This document shows positions 18,063 to 28,148 of a stretch of 53,249 nt of DNA, in pieces. Position numbers and translations under genes: made by a program. Below the pieces are notes generated by a model that saw only the letters and a list, made by a program, of their open reading frames with translations, was not told the origin of the DNA and ran no database searches. The number at the start of each line of letters is the position of its first letter. Position 1 is the stretch's first letter. The DNA comes from Bacteroidota bacterium (GTDB taxonomy: Bacteria; Bacteroidota; Ignavibacteria; Tepidaquicellales; Tepidaquicellaceae): contig DAIPYE010000001.1 of NCBI GenBank assembly GCA_036782915.1, positions 1-53,249 on the forward strand, read 5' to 3'.

Positions 18063-18524
18063 TTGGAGACTGATACTAAATATCTTGGAATTGATTATGG
18101 TGAAAGAAGAGTTGGCATTGCTGTCACTGACGGAAATAAAAAGTATTCTTTTTCCAGAGATCATATTGAAAACAACAGTAATTTTTTTGTAAATCTTCTG
18201 AAATTGATTAAAGAAGAAAATATCATAAAAATAATTTTAGGTTATCCTCTGAACTTTAAATCAGAAAAAACAATTCAGACAATCAAAACAGAAGAGTTTA
18301 AAACTGCATTTGAAGAATTTCTGAATAAAAATTCCATAAAGCTCGAAATAATTTTTTTTGATGAAAGATTTACAAGTAAGATCGCTGAATCAGGAATTTT
18401 AAATTCCGGTATGAAAATGAAAAAGAGGCGTCAGAAAGGATTGACAGACAGCATTTCAGCGCAGATAATTTTACAGGATTACATAGATAAGACCCATAAT
18501 CTTGCAAACAAAATTAAATTGTAA
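18063..18524 (+). CDS. ruvX: Putative pre-16S rRNA nuclease / Holliday junction resolvase-like YqgF
   Basis: 153 aa with a TTG start. N-terminal YLGIDYGERRVGIAV and C-terminal DSISAQIILQDY. Confidence 0.85.
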   Translation: METDTKYLGIDYGERRVGIAVTDGNKKYSFSRDHIENNSNFFVNLLKLIKEENIIKIILGYPLNFKSEKTIQTIKTEEFKTAFEEFLNKNSIKLEIIFFDERFTSKIAESGILNSGMKMKKRRQKGLTDSISAQIILQDYIDKTHNLANKIKL

Positions 18525-19166
18525 ATGTATTTAACAGAATTAAATGAAATGATCCAGGGTGGTGAAAACGACAAGGTCGAATTCAAAAGAAAGTTTTCGT
18601 CTCCCGTAAAGATCGCCAAAGAAATGATCGCTTTTGCAAATTCAAAAGGCGGCACGATTCTTTTTGGAATAGATGATGACAAAAAAATTGTCGGTGTGGA
18701 AAGTGAAAAGGGAGAACTAGAATTGATCAGTACAGCGGCAAAATTCAATTGCGAGCCGGAAATTAATTTCACGGCAAATATAATGCTTTTAAAGGGTAAG
18801 GATATTGTTATTGTTAATATTTTAGAAAGTATGAATAAACCGCACAGATTACTGGAAGATTCTCACCCGGATAATATGAAAGTATATGTAAGATTAAACG
18901 ATAAAAGCATTGTTGCATCCCGTGAGACTGTTAAGATCCTGAGAAACTCAAATCACGACTCACCTCCTGCAAAAATATATATAGGTCTTATTGAAAAAAG
19001 TCTGTTTGACTACCTGAATATAAATGAAAAAATCACGGTGAAAGGGTTTAAGAAACTTGTAAACATTTCGGACAGAAGAGCCAGCAGAACTCTTGTGAAT
19101 CTTGTAAAAGCAAAAGTTATAAGACATCATTACTTTGGAAGCGAAGATTACTATACACTTCTGTGA
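18525..19166 (+). CDS. AlbA_2 (Schlafen-like divergent AAA) domain protein with C-terminal wHTH
   Basis: 213 aa. GGENDKVEFKRKF...EMIAFANSKGGTILFGIDDDKKIVGV is typical of the AlbA_2 putative DNA-binding domain. The C-terminal KKLVNISDRRASRTLVNLVKAKVI looks like an HTH. Its ATG directly follows the ruvX stop. Confidence 0.6.
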   Translation: MYLTELNEMIQGGENDKVEFKRKFSSPVKIAKEMIAFANSKGGTILFGIDDDKKIVGVESEKGELELISTAAKFNCEPEINFTANIMLLKGKDIVIVNILESMNKPHRLLEDSHPDNMKVYVRLNDKSIVASRETVKILRNSNHDSPPAKIYIGLIEKSLFDYLNINEKITVKGFKKLVNISDRRASRTLVNLVKAKVIRHHYFGSEDYYTLL

Positions 19167-19204
19167 AATTTTTTTCTCAAAAAAATTATTAGTTGTCCGG
19201 TTTT

Positions 19205-20731
19205 TTATTCAGTTACATCAAGGCTTTTCAGTTTATCAACAAAGTAAACTGAATCACTTAGATTCTGACGGATCGCTTTCTTATATAAATTTTCAACATC
19301 TAAATATTTTTTTTGTTCTTCGTATAACTTTCCCAGATTTTTATAGATCTCACCTGCTGCAGAATCAATCTCCATGGATTTTTTATACATTGTAACTGCT
19401 TCAGGATATTTTTTTTGTTCATACAAAAGATTTCCTGTTTCAAAATATGGTGAGTATGATCCCGGCTTCAACACTAATGCTTTATCAAGTATTTCTTTTG
19501 CTTCAACATACAGTTTTTTTTCTGACAATATTTTTGCGGCTTTTATGTAAGTTTTAATGTTTTTTGAATTTAACTCAATTGCTTTTTTATAATTGAAAAG
19601 GGATTCACTGTAATCTCCCTTTTCGTTAAAAAATTCTGCTTTATAGTAATATCCTTCAGGATTTTTCGGCTCAAGTTCTATTGTTTTATCAAACATTTCA
19701 AGCGCTTCATCATACTTTTTTAATTTTAAAAGAATTTTCCCGTAATCGACAGTGAATTCTGTATTATTGGGATTTAGCATTACAGCTTTTTTATACATAG
19801 CCAGCGCTTCTTCAGTATTTCCTTTTTCTTCCTTCAAATAAGCCCAATAGTTATATGTGTAAGCATTATCAGGATCGATCTCAAGTGCTTGTGTATAAAT
19901 TTTTTCAGCTTCATCATACTTTTTCAATTCAAATAAAGAGTATGCAAGTCCGTTATAAGCATCAGTAAACTTAGGATTTATTTCTATTGCCTTCTTATAA
20001 AGCTTAATGGATTCTTCATATTTTCCTTCGTCATATTTAATAGATCCGTCAAGTGTGTAAGCCATTGCATCATCATCTTTCGGATCATGAGTTAGTGTAT
20101 ACTGTATCATCTCCAGGGCTTCATTCTTGTTATCTTCATAATTATAATAAAGGTAATATGCCAGAAGATAAGGCTGCGTATAAATAAGAACATACTGAGC
20201 TGCATCTTTGAGAATTTCATCAAGCTCTGAAATTTCACCTGAAAAAGTTTTGGACGGTTCACCCATAACTCTTATTGTAAGAAATATTTTTCCGCTGTTT
20301 AAAACAACCTCACCGGAGATCCGCGTTTGCTTTTTGCCGAGAAAATTTTTGAAATTCTGAAGAAGTGATTTTAAGGAAATACCTGATCCGGGAATTACAA
20401 TTTCAAGCTGTGAATCAAAAAATACCGGTTTGAAATCAAGATTATTGTATGATGTATCTGTTTTTTCTTTTATTATTTCAATCTGATCAAGAAGTTTATT
20501 TACAAGCGCCTGGCCTGTTATGTTCATCTTTTCTAGATCAAGAGGAACCTGAAACGGATCTATTATCACAGTTTCTTTATTCATCTCTTTATAGATCAGC
20601 AAACCTATTACAAATATTATTATCAGAATAACCAAATCAAGAATAATACTTCTAAGCGAACTGAGATTTTTAGAGGTATTTTCCAGTTTTACCGACTTCT
20701 CTTTATTTTTAACGGGATGGTTATTTTTCAA
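19205..20731 (-). CDS. Membrane-anchored tetratricopeptide-repeat protein
   Basis: 508 aa with a TTG start. One TM helix (LVILIIIFVIGLLIY), a domain of about 170 aa, then at least 8 TPR units (repeated A..Y..A......Y.EA...Y.KA.E..P pattern). Confidence 0.8.
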   Translation of the reverse strand: MKNNHPVKNKEKSVKLENTSKNLSSLRSIILDLVILIIIFVIGLLIYKEMNKETVIIDPFQVPLDLEKMNITGQALVNKLLDQIEIIKEKTDTSYNNLDFKPVFFDSQLEIVIPGSGISLKSLLQNFKNFLGKKQTRISGEVVLNSGKIFLTIRVMGEPSKTFSGEISELDEILKDAAQYVLIYTQPYLLAYYLYYNYEDNKNEALEMIQYTLTHDPKDDDAMAYTLDGSIKYDEGKYEESIKLYKKAIEINPKFTDAYNGLAYSLFELKKYDEAEKIYTQALEIDPDNAYTYNYWAYLKEEKGNTEEALAMYKKAVMLNPNNTEFTVDYGKILLKLKKYDEALEMFDKTIELEPKNPEGYYYKAEFFNEKGDYSESLFNYKKAIELNSKNIKTYIKAAKILSEKKLYVEAKEILDKALVLKPGSYSPYFETGNLLYEQKKYPEAVTMYKKSMEIDSAAGEIYKNLGKLYEEQKKYLDVENLYKKAIRQNLSDSVYFVDKLKSLDVTE

Positions 20732-20779
20732 ATTGAATAATGAAAATGAGATTTATTTTGAAAATATTTTTTAAATTTA

Positions 20780-22399
20780 TTATTGCCTTTTACTTAATTC
20801 ACCGGTCACATTTTTAAAATTCTTACCTGAGTTTTCAAGTATGGAATTTGCTTCCTTCATTATTTCTTTTTTAAATTTATCATCTTCAATCGAAGGAAGA
20901 TTAATTTCAACATTCTTAAACGCTCCCCAGATACCTGTTTCCAGTGACTTTGCGCCTACTTCCAGATCGCTTTTGGAAGCTATATTCCCGTACTTTGCCA
21001 TTTCAATCATATGTTCCCAGCAGGAGTCGGAAATTCGCATTACGGATAAAGGAATTGTGATGGCTTTTTTCAATCCTTCCTGCATTTTTTCATTTCTAAG
21101 TTTTTTTTCAATATCAGATTTCTTCGGCAGCTTCATTGCAGTCATGTAATCATTGAATGCATTTGTGTCAGCATCTATCAATGGAATCAATTCTTTCATT
21201 TTATTATGAAGAGGTGATATTAATTTTCTCATTGTGCTGTCAAGATGTTCGAATTTCTTATTACCGTAACTCATCCATCCGACCATTGTGCCAAGTGCAG
21301 CACCAAGTGAAGCTATCAGAGCAGAGACACTACCACCGCCGGGAGCTGATGTTCTTGCTCCGACAAGTTCGACAAAATTCCTGACAGTAAGTGAAGCCAG
21401 TGGTTCTGCTGAATCTTCCCGGATCATAAATTCAATAATTCTTTTATCCGGATTAAATTCAGATATCGAAGAAAGTCCTAATCTGTTTATAACTAAGCGT
21501 ATCTTCTGCTTTTCATCAAGTATAAATAAATTTTCTTTTTGAATGTAATATTCCGCAGCCATCAGCATAGCTTCAAGCGGAATCAGTCCGACCAGTTCGC
21601 TTCCGCAAACAGCAAGATTCATTTCACGTGCATCCTTTGAACATTCTTCAAATGCAGTATGGACAGGTGTTACTTTATAATTATCAAGATTCATAGAAAC
21701 CTGCGCCATGTTATATTCATTTACATACCATCCAATCCCTTTAACTGCTTTAAGTCTTCCTTTGGAATCTTCGCTTCTCCCCTGTTCACGGACATTCAGC
21801 GCGATCTTATGTGCCTGCTCCTTTGTTCCGAGAATATTAACATTGTAAGCAATAAGAAAAAATCTCGAGCCTGTTACAGTAGCTCCTGATTTAGGAATAA
21901 ATTCCTGCGGTCCGAAATCCGGCTTCCATTCCGGTTTGTAAATTTTATTTTTAATGCCTTCATATTCTCCTGAGCGGATCTGACTCAAAGATTTTCTTTC
22001 AGGATTTTCCGAAGCTTCTTCATAAAGATATACCGGAATTCCCAGTTCATCACCTATTCTTTTACCGAACAATTTTGCGCACTCAACACATTCTTCAGTC
22101 GTAGTATTTGCAACCGGTACAAACGGCACTACATCAACAGCTCCCATTCTCGGATGTTCGCCGGAATGTTTTGACATATCTATAAGCTCATAAGCAGTTT
22201 TCGAAAATTGAAAAGCTGCTTCTACGATTGTTTCCGGATCACCGACAAATGTAAACACTGTTCTGTTAGTGGATCTCCCCGGATCAACGTCCAGCAGAGT
22301 AACACCTTCTACATTTCTTACAGCATCTGCGCATGCGTTTATAATATTTTCATCTCTTCCTTCTGAGATATTCGGAACGCATTCTATAATTTTTTTCAT
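20780..22399 (-). CDS. ftcD: Bifunctional glutamate formimidoyltransferase / formimidoyl-THF cyclodeaminase
   Basis: 539 aa. N-terminal IIECVPNISEGRD...NRTVFTFVG (transferase) and a C-terminal half with SAPGGGSVSALIASLGAALGTMV (cyclodeaminase). Confidence 0.9.
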   Translation of the reverse strand: MKKIIECVPNISEGRDENIINACADAVRNVEGVTLLDVDPGRSTNRTVFTFVGDPETIVEAAFQFSKTAYELIDMSKHSGEHPRMGAVDVVPFVPVANTTTEECVECAKLFGKRIGDELGIPVYLYEEASENPERKSLSQIRSGEYEGIKNKIYKPEWKPDFGPQEFIPKSGATVTGSRFFLIAYNVNILGTKEQAHKIALNVREQGRSEDSKGRLKAVKGIGWYVNEYNMAQVSMNLDNYKVTPVHTAFEECSKDAREMNLAVCGSELVGLIPLEAMLMAAEYYIQKENLFILDEKQKIRLVINRLGLSSISEFNPDKRIIEFMIREDSAEPLASLTVRNFVELVGARTSAPGGGSVSALIASLGAALGTMVGWMSYGNKKFEHLDSTMRKLISPLHNKMKELIPLIDADTNAFNDYMTAMKLPKKSDIEKKLRNEKMQEGLKKAITIPLSVMRISDSCWEHMIEMAKYGNIASKSDLEVGAKSLETGIWGAFKNVEINLPSIEDDKFKKEIMKEANSILENSGKNFKNVTGELSKRQ

Positions 22400-22508
22400 T
22401 TTTAAGTTTTGGCTTTTTGGAATTTAAATTAAGCTTAATAAAAATAAATTTTTGAATCTTTGGGAGAAAAACTTTCCCATTCTTTATAAAATAAAAAATC
22501 TGATCTGT

Positions 22509-23264
22509 TTAAATCATTTTCCTGCAGATAAAATAGATCCTTTCTGAATTCTTATCTGCTTTCCTGCCGCTTTCTTCTTCAGCTCTTTCTATTTTAAAAT
22601 ATTTCGATAATTCCTTTAAGATTATATCCTTTTCAAATGAAGCTTCCTGTATATTTGTTTCTATCAGATCAAAATTGTTCTTCTTAATTTTTTCAAACAC
22701 TTTTAAATTCCAGTTAAATTTGTTTCTGTTGATCTTATTAACATGAACAAGCAAATAATTAGAATCAAATTCATTTATTATGGGAGATATTGCAGAAATA
22801 AAATTGAGTTTATAAAGAGTGTTAATATCAAAAATAAATACTCCGTTTTTTTTAAGATGTTTAAAAACATTTATAAAAATTTTCTTCCAGTCAGAAAATA
22901 AAGTCAGATGATTTATAGTATCATAAAGACAAAGGATCAGATCAAATTTTTTATTAAGAGAAAAATCTCTTATATCCTTTAAATAAAATTCCGACCCGGG
23001 AAGTTTCTGAGCTGCAATTTTCAACATCTGACGTGAATTGTCAATTCCTGTAACATTAAATAATCCTCTCAATGATAAAAGATTGATTCCCGTTCCGCAT
23101 CCAAGCTCAAGAAGTTCCGGAAGTTCATCAAATCTGAATTTCAACTGTAATAATTTCTTTTTCAGATAATTTTCAGTTTCATCAGTGTCACCAAAAACCT
23201 TATCGTAATATTTTGCAATTTTATTATATTCGCTGCCGCTCAATATTTTAATGTAAGTTTTCAC
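22509..23264 (-). CDS. Class I SAM-dependent methyltransferase
   Basis: 251 aa with a GTG start. Motif I LELGCGTGINLL. Overlaps the upstream HAD gene by 17 nt. Confidence 0.82.
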   Translation of the reverse strand: MKTYIKILSGSEYNKIAKYYDKVFGDTDETENYLKKKLLQLKFRFDELPELLELGCGTGINLLSLRGLFNVTGIDNSRQMLKIAAQKLPGSEFYLKDIRDFSLNKKFDLILCLYDTINHLTLFSDWKKIFINVFKHLKKNGVFIFDINTLYKLNFISAISPIINEFDSNYLLVHVNKINRNKFNWNLKVFEKIKKNNFDLIETNIQEASFEKDIILKELSKYFKIERAEEESGRKADKNSERIYFICRKMI

Positions 23265-24108
23265 TGAACATTTGGAGAAAGTGTCCTATGCCGTCTTCAT
23301 CATTGGATCTTTCACTGACATGATCTGCCATATCTTTAAGCTCATCGACAGCATTATCAAGTGCGATATTCGTACCGCCGTACTGAAAAAGATCCCTGTC
23401 ATTATACCAGTCTCCAAAAACCATTACTTCATCTCTTTTTAATTTCAGATATTTTGTCAGGATCTTTAATCCGGTTTTCTTATTTATATTTTTTCTGAGA
23501 ATTTCAATATTGTAAACTCCCTGAAATACCTGTGATCTGAAAAACTTTACTTTCAGTATCAACCCAAACGGCAATGTCATTTTCTTCTGTATGTCTCTCA
23601 TTATCTTTCTGTCATTTCCTGACATGATAATTTCTAACACATTATCAGTGTATTGACTGTAATCTTCGACCTTATCATAAATTGTTCCGAACCTTGTCAT
23701 AAAATCTTTCAGCACAGAATTATCTTCCGTGTAAACAATTCTGTCATTATAACAAAGAGCAATTTTCACATAATTGTTTTCGGCTAACCGGACAGCTTTC
23801 TCGGCATATTTTTTGTCTATAACAGATTTATTTAAAACTGTTTCACCTTTAATATCCTGTATTAAAGCTCCGTTAATTGAAATAACCGGAATTTTGATGT
23901 CAAGTAATTTTGCAATGGGAACTATCGAAGAATGCGCTCTCTGGGAAGCTAATGAGAACAATATGTTTTTATTCTTAAGCTCTTTTACAACTTTTAAGGT
24001 AAGTTCACTGACCTCATTTTTACTGTTAACCAACGTACCGTCAATGTCTGAGACAATTAACTTTATTTTTCTAAATCTCTGCTTTAATTCTTTGTCTGAT
24101 AAGATCAA
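23248..24108 (-). CDS. Cof-type HAD-IIB family hydrolase
   Basis: 286 aa. Motifs VSDIDGTLV and GDWYNDRDLF. Confidence 0.85.
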   Translation of the reverse strand: MILSDKELKQRFRKIKLIVSDIDGTLVNSKNEVSELTLKVVKELKNKNILFSLASQRAHSSIVPIAKLLDIKIPVISINGALIQDIKGETVLNKSVIDKKYAEKAVRLAENNYVKIALCYNDRIVYTEDNSVLKDFMTRFGTIYDKVEDYSQYTDNVLEIIMSGNDRKIMRDIQKKMTLPFGLILKVKFFRSQVFQGVYNIEILRKNINKKTGLKILTKYLKLKRDEVMVFGDWYNDRDLFQYGGTNIALDNAVDELKDMADHVSERSNDEDGIGHFLQMFSENLH

Positions 24109-24245
24109 ATTTATTCCCCTGATATTTACAATTATTTAAAAATTAACAATTCTTTCTGGGGTAGAGAACTGTATGATATTATATCTACTATAATTTTTTA
24201 TGAATTTTATATTAGTGAAAATATAAAATAATCTGAAGCCGGAAA

Positions 24246-25571
24246 CTAATTTCTTTTTAATGCTGACAATGGTTCAGGAACAAAGTGATGAATTCCCCCT
24301 GCCAATTTATCATTAAAGGTTGTCGGTATATTTCCTTTTTCAGTTCTTTCTTTCCATGTTTCATATTTCTTTCCGTCATCAGTTCTGATCATTGTAATGC
24401 AGTTTTCAACGGGACAAACCAGTGAACACAAATTACATCCGACGCAGTTCTTATCTATTATAAATGGAACTCTTGAGCCGTTATTAGTCAGTCCGATCGC
24501 CTGATGTGCGCCGTCTTCACATGCAATATAACAAAGCTGACAGCCAATGCATTTTTCTTTATTTATCTCAGCAATGATCTTATAATCAAGATTTAAATTT
24601 TCCCAGGTTTTTATATTAGGCAATGCTTTCCCGACCATTTCATCAATCGTATTAAATCCTTTTTCGGTCATATATGAATCAAGCCCCGCCAGCATTTCAC
24701 GGATTATTCCGAATCCGTAGTGCATGACTGCTGTGCAGACCTGAACTGTACCGGCTCCAAGAAGAATATATTCCACCGCATCTCTCCAGTTTTCTACACC
24801 GCCAATACCTGAGATCGGTATATTTATTTCAGGATGCTGAGCGCAGTTTTTTAACATGTTAAGCGCAATTGGTTTTACAGCCGGACCGCAGTAACCGCCG
24901 TTTGTGCTTTTTCCGTCAACAAACGGGTAAGGAACAAAACTATCAATATCCACACCGATAACACTTTGAATTGTATTTATAAGAGAAATTGCATCTCCTC
25001 CTCCAAGTTTTGCGGCGAGAGCCGGATCTGTAATATCAGAAATATTCGGAGTTAATTTTACTATGACGGGTTTGGTTGCAACTTCCTTTACCCATTGAAC
25101 AATTAATTTTAATACTTCAGGTTCCTGTCCGACTGCGGAACCCATTCCTCTTTCACACATTCCGTGCGGACAGCCAAAATTAAGTTCGAGTCCGTCAGCT
25201 CCTGCATTTTCAGCATCTTTGACTATCTGATGCCATTCTTCCCTTGTCTCAACCATCAGTGACGCAATGACAGCATGGTTTGGAAAATATTTTTTTACTT
25301 CTTCAATTTCCTTTAAGTTATCTTTCAGAGGTCTGTCAGTAATCAATTCAATATTATTAAATCCCATCATTCTTGTATCTCTGTAATTCAATCCGCCGTA
25401 TCTGCTTGAAACATTTACAACCGGAACACCGAGAGTTTTCCAAACAGCTCCCCCCCATCCTGCGTCAAACGCTTTCATGATCTGATAACCCGAATTAGTC
25501 GGAGGCGCGGATGCCAGCCAGAAAGGATTCGGAGATTTTATTCCCGCAAAGTTTACTGAAAGATCGGGCAT
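24246..25571 (-). CDS. preA: NAD-dependent dihydropyrimidine dehydrogenase subunit PreA-like (DHOD-like TIM barrel plus 2x[4Fe-4S])
   Basis: 441 aa. N-terminal VNFAGIKSPNPFWLASAPP. Two ferredoxin motifs, CIGCQLCYIACEDG and CVGCNLCSLVCP. Confidence 0.85.
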   Translation of the reverse strand: MPDLSVNFAGIKSPNPFWLASAPPTNSGYQIMKAFDAGWGGAVWKTLGVPVVNVSSRYGGLNYRDTRMMGFNNIELITDRPLKDNLKEIEEVKKYFPNHAVIASLMVETREEWHQIVKDAENAGADGLELNFGCPHGMCERGMGSAVGQEPEVLKLIVQWVKEVATKPVIVKLTPNISDITDPALAAKLGGGDAISLINTIQSVIGVDIDSFVPYPFVDGKSTNGGYCGPAVKPIALNMLKNCAQHPEINIPISGIGGVENWRDAVEYILLGAGTVQVCTAVMHYGFGIIREMLAGLDSYMTEKGFNTIDEMVGKALPNIKTWENLNLDYKIIAEINKEKCIGCQLCYIACEDGAHQAIGLTNNGSRVPFIIDKNCVGCNLCSLVCPVENCITMIRTDDGKKYETWKERTEKGNIPTTFNDKLAGGIHHFVPEPLSALKRN

Positions 25572-25621
25572 AATTTTTTTTGTTTAATTAATTTTATGTG
25601 AAATAAATCAGGATTTTTAAT

Positions 25622-26935
25622 TTAAATTTCCTTCACTGTTACCGGCTTTATACCTTCAGCATCGGAAAGACAAACATTTATAACTTTGTTTTCATATTTC
25701 CTGCTGTCACTTTCATTTGCTCTGATCTTTACTCTGATATAATTAGTAGTAAGTCCTTCAATAAAATCATCATCTTTTCTTGTTTCAAACAAAACTGACT
25801 GAACAGTTCCGGAATATTTTGAATAAAAATCAAATTTCTTTTTATTAGAAAGATTCCTGAGCAGTTCACTTCGGTTCTTTCTTATTCTCACATCAACCTT
25901 ATTACTAAACCCCGCTGCATAAGTATTTTTTCTTTCTGAATAACTGAAAACATGAAGATAACTTAATGAAAGCGATTCAATAAATTCAAATGTGTTTTTA
26001 AAATGCACATCCGATTCTCCGGGAAATCCTGTCATAACATCTGCTCCGATCCCGACATCTTTGATCTCATCTTTCAGTTTAAAAATCAGATCTCTGTATA
26101 ATTCCCTGCCGTATCTTCTCCGCATTAATTTAAGGATCTCATTATCTCCGCTTTGCATTGGGATATGAAAATGATTACAGAATTTTCCGGAGGATTTAAT
26201 GAATGAAATAATTTCATTTGTCAAAAGATTTGGTTCGATAGAGCTGATCCTGATCCTTTCTATGTCAAGTTTTTCAAGTTCTTCCAAAACATTTATTAAT
26301 CTAAGATCTTTGATTCCATTTTCAAAATTATAATCACCGGTATTTACACCTGTCAATACAATTTCCTTATAACCCGAATCAATAATTTTTTTTGCATTTT
26401 CAACAACTTTATTAATTTCAAGACTTCTGGATTTTCCCCTTGCCAGTGGAATTGTGCAGAATGAACATTTGTAATTACAGCCGTCCTGAATTTTCAGAAA
26501 TGCTCTTGTCCGTGAATCTGTATCTGCAGAAAAAGCTTCTTCAAAATCCACAGCTTCATTCACAGGTGATCTGTAAATACATGAAAGATCTTTTTTCTCA
26601 TAATTTTCAATGTAATCAAACAGCTTAAATTTTTCCTTTATTCCAAGGACAAGGTCAACTCCTTCGATGCCGGCAATTTCTTCAGGCTGAAGCTGTGCGT
26701 AACATCCGGTTACGATCACATAGGTTTCAGGATTGTTTCTTATAATGCTTCTTACGATCTGCCTGCATTCTTTATCTGCATTTTCCGTAACCGAACAGGT
26801 ATTCAATACAAATACATCAGAGATCTCACCATAATTTTTTAATTCAAAACCTTTTGATGTGAAATCTTTTGCAATTGTTGAAGTTTCACTGTAGTTCAGC
26901 TTACAGCCGAGAGTATGTAATGATACACTTTTCAT
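25622..26935 (-). CDS. mtaB: tRNA methylthiotransferase MtaB (radical SAM MTTase)
   Basis: 437 aa. N-terminal HTLGCKLNYSE, radical-SAM CNYKCSFC, and a C-terminal TRAM-like region. Confidence 0.88.
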   Translation of the reverse strand: MKSVSLHTLGCKLNYSETSTIAKDFTSKGFELKNYGEISDVFVLNTCSVTENADKECRQIVRSIIRNNPETYVIVTGCYAQLQPEEIAGIEGVDLVLGIKEKFKLFDYIENYEKKDLSCIYRSPVNEAVDFEEAFSADTDSRTRAFLKIQDGCNYKCSFCTIPLARGKSRSLEINKVVENAKKIIDSGYKEIVLTGVNTGDYNFENGIKDLRLINVLEELEKLDIERIRISSIEPNLLTNEIISFIKSSGKFCNHFHIPMQSGDNEILKLMRRRYGRELYRDLIFKLKDEIKDVGIGADVMTGFPGESDVHFKNTFEFIESLSLSYLHVFSYSERKNTYAAGFSNKVDVRIRKNRSELLRNLSNKKKFDFYSKYSGTVQSVLFETRKDDDFIEGLTTNYIRVKIRANESDSRKYENKVINVCLSDAEGIKPVTVKEI

Positions 26936-26980
26936 TAATTTAATTTAAACATTTCAAAATGTAATTAGAATGAAAATAAA

Positions 26981-27403
26981 TTACATTCCGAATAATGTAA
27001 CTGAAATATTTCTTTTCCCGCCGTGATTCCTGTGTTCACACAGATAAATTCCCTGCCAGATACCCATATTAAATCTTCCGTCCTTCAGAGGAATATTCAG
27101 ACTGCATCCGAGAATGGAAGATTTTATATGTGAGGTCATATCATCCGGACCTTCGGAAGTGTGAAGAAAGTGTTTTGAATTTTCCGGGATCATAAAATTA
27201 AAATGAGTTTCGAAATCCTTTCTGACATCGGGATCAGCATTCTCATTAATAGTCAGTGAAGCTGAAGTATGCTTTATAAAAATATTTGCAATGCCTGTTT
27301 TGAAATTATTTATTTCGGGAATATTTTCGAAGATCTCATCAGTTATAAGATGAAAACCTCTTTGCCTTTGTTTCAGAGAAAAATCCTTCTGGAAAAAATT
27401 CAT
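26981..27403 (-). CDS. yjbQ: YjbQ/UPF0047 family protein (secondary thiamine-phosphate synthase)
   Basis: 140 aa. Motifs HTSASLTINENADPDVRKD and GIWQGIYLCEHR. Confidence 0.85.
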   Translation of the reverse strand: MNFFQKDFSLKQRQRGFHLITDEIFENIPEINNFKTGIANIFIKHTSASLTINENADPDVRKDFETHFNFMIPENSKHFLHTSEGPDDMTSHIKSSILGCSLNIPLKDGRFNMGIWQGIYLCEHRNHGGKRNISVTLFGM

Positions 27404-27470
27404 AATAATTAAAATTAAATTTGATTAAAAAAGTAATAATTGTAATTTATTAAAATTTAAATTTCATTGC

Positions 27471-28148
27471 ATGCAAATTAAAGAAATTATACTACAAACT
27501 CATTTGATAAATGAATTAAAGGATTTTTACTCTAAAATTCTGGAATTAGAAATGATCAGGGAATCCCCTTCATCTTTTACAGTAAAAGCAGGAATGTCAG
27601 AAATAATTTTTGAAAGTTCTGATTCAAGCATTAATCCATTTTATCATTTTGCATTTAACATACCGGAGAATCAGTTAAAGAAGGCAAAGGAATGGATCTC
27701 AAAAAAAGCAGAACTGATAACACTTGACGGTGAAGATGAATTTGATTTTAAAAGCTGGAATGCACATTCTGTATATTTTTATGATCCTGCCGGAAATATA
27801 CTTGAGCTGATTGCCCGACATGATCTTGAGAACAGATCAGAGAAAGATTTTGGAGGAAAAAGTCTTCTTTCTGTAAGTGAAATCGGAATTCCGGTTTTTA
27901 ATGTAATGGATTTTCACAACGAGCTTAATAATTCTAATCCACTTCCGCTTTTTAGTGGTGATAATGAAAATTTTACTGCAATGGGTGACGATAATGGTTT
28001 GCTGATAATTGTTAAAAAAGGAAGGAAATGGTACCCGGATTGTCCTGATGCGGAAATATTTCCATTGAAGATTAAACTACATTCGGATAAAAACTCTGAA
28101 ATATATTTTAATGAAATAAACTTCAGAATCATACTTTCAGAAAAATAA
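27471..28148 (+). CDS. VOC (glyoxalase/bleomycin-resistance/dioxygenase) family protein
   Basis: 225 aa. The FYHFAFNIP...HSVYFYDPAGNILELI pattern is typical of VOC beta-alpha-beta-beta-beta modules. The call is by eye. Confidence 0.55.
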   Translation: MQIKEIILQTHLINELKDFYSKILELEMIRESPSSFTVKAGMSEIIFESSDSSINPFYHFAFNIPENQLKKAKEWISKKAELITLDGEDEFDFKSWNAHSVYFYDPAGNILELIARHDLENRSEKDFGGKSLLSVSEIGIPVFNVMDFHNELNNSNPLPLFSGDNENFTAMGDDNGLLIIVKKGRKWYPDCPDAEIFPLKIKLHSDKNSEIYFNEINFRIILSEK

